The position numbers and the translations under genes are program-made. The notes beneath the pieces were generated by a model. The model did no database searches. It had not been told where the DNA came from and saw nothing but the letters and a program-made list of their open reading frames with translations. From Azolla caroliniana (taxonomy: Eukaryota; Plantae; Polypodiophyta): a stretch of 64,000 nucleotides of DNA. The stretch spans positions 19,096,001 through 19,160,000 of the forward strand of contig JBHGNT010000002.1 of NCBI GenBank assembly GCA_043228905.1, in the 5' to 3' direction. Shown here piece after piece: positions 62,701-64,000 of this stretch; the stretch's first letter is position 1; each line of letters starts with the position of its first letter.

Positions 62701-64000
62701 CAAAGAAGGGGGGAACCTTAGTCGAAGCATGGATACTATTATTGTGAGCAAATTGCACCATTGCAAGGAAGTCCACCCAATCCTCCTATTGGTAGCTCAC
62801 GGTACACCGAAGGTATTGTTCGAGGATTTGGTTGACTCGCTCCATTTGTCCATCAGTTTGAGGATGGTATGGTGAGGACAAGTTGAAGAAGTCCCGAATG
62901 TTTGTAGAAGTCGTCGCCAAAAGTGGGAAATGAACTAAGAACCTCCACCAGAGGTGATATCCTCGGGTAAGTTGTGTAATCGAACAACATTTTATTAGTT
63001 GTCTCTTCGCCGGAAATGGTTTTGGAACATGGAACAAAGTGAGCCATCTTCGAAAACCGATCGACAATGACTAGCACCGTGTCATGTTCACCAACCAGAG
63101 GGAGGTCGGTGATAAAGTCCATGGATAACGAGACCCATGGTCGACGGGGAATGGGGAGCGGGTGGAGAAGACCATATGATCGATGGTGAGGCGTTTTGGA
63201 CCAAACACATACATCACATGTCTTGATAAATTCCTTGACAAATTTCCAAGGTTGGGGCCACCAAAACCCCCGAGATAGCATTTCCAGGGTTTTCGTAACC
63301 CCAAAATGGCCGGCAAGCGGATCATCATGACAATTTTATAGAACCCATGTACGACATGAACCTTCAGGAACGTACAAGAGATGATTACGATATAGTAACC
63401 CATCCCGGCTTGTAAATTAGTTGAGATATGAGCTTTTCATGTCCGAAGATGGGTCATTACTGCAGCCCATGATTTCTTTGGTGAATGGGTCTGACATGGT
63501 TGCCGTGGGGATCTCGTTGCGCCAAGAATCATCATGTAACATGCATGTGGCGAACATATGAAGTTGATCGCGCCGTAAAAAACAATGGGATTGTTGTGAA
63601 TATGCATCATCTCTTGGGCACAATGAAAAAGTAGGTCGCCGAGAGAGGGCATCAGCTTTCCCATGTTGAACTCCGGGTCGAAACAAGATCTCAAAGTCGT
63701 AGTCGACGAGAAAAGATGACCATTGGGCTTGCCTCTAATTCAATGTATGACTGGTGGTGAAGTAAAATAGATTTTTGTGGTCGGTTAGCACCTGGATGCG
63801 ACGTTGGGCCCTAGCCAAATAGGGTCTCCATTCGGTGAAGGCAGATATGATTGCTGCCAACTCCTTGTCGTAGACTGGATAATTGATTTCCGGGGCGGTA
63901 AACTTCCGAGAGTAGAAGGCAATAGGACGTAGTGTGCGCTCGTCATCTAGTTGGGACATGACAACTCCAATGGCAAAGTCGGAGGCATCGGTTTCGACTT

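Larger units (their letters stand above)
40941..64000 (-). mobile_element. Tcn1-like chromovirus I (3' LTR 40941-41378; integrase-chromodomain split by element J; continues past the window end)
   Basis: Chromodomain EEYEVDKILDSR..YLVLWKGY at 41400-41600, with integrase and RNase H at 62472-64000. The frame RHIATTRAC is restored on removing J and one TSD copy. Confidence 0.92.

Overview
Eukaryotic, almost certainly land-plant heterochromatic DNA. Tcn1-like self-priming chromoviruses, tRNA-Trp-primed Ty3/gypsy elements and a PPR relic point to a non-seed plant such as a fern or lycophyte (inference). The window is mostly nested LTR retrotransposons: at least 8 Ty3/gypsy and 4 Ty1/copia copies or fragments, including a five-level nest at about 35-64 kb. 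It also holds LINE fragments, tandem arrays, a PPR relic and one probable small host gene. The two strongest candidate novelties are: (1) a Ty3/gypsy element (41801-62471) with no polypurine tract, which instead carries the reverse complement of its tRNA primer-binding site (CAGGCGTGCCA) 2 nt before the 3' LTR, suggesting tRNA priming of both DNA strands; and (2) four chromovirus LTRs from two families that each carry an antisense tRNA-like Pol III A-box/B-box cassette at the start of U3. Other observations are a palindromic repeat/variable-spacer array in a retroelement leader, a conserved hairpin enclosing the copia PPT, and a very young copia with apparently identical LTRs. All boundaries and alignments were read by eye; lineage names need phylogenetic confirmation.
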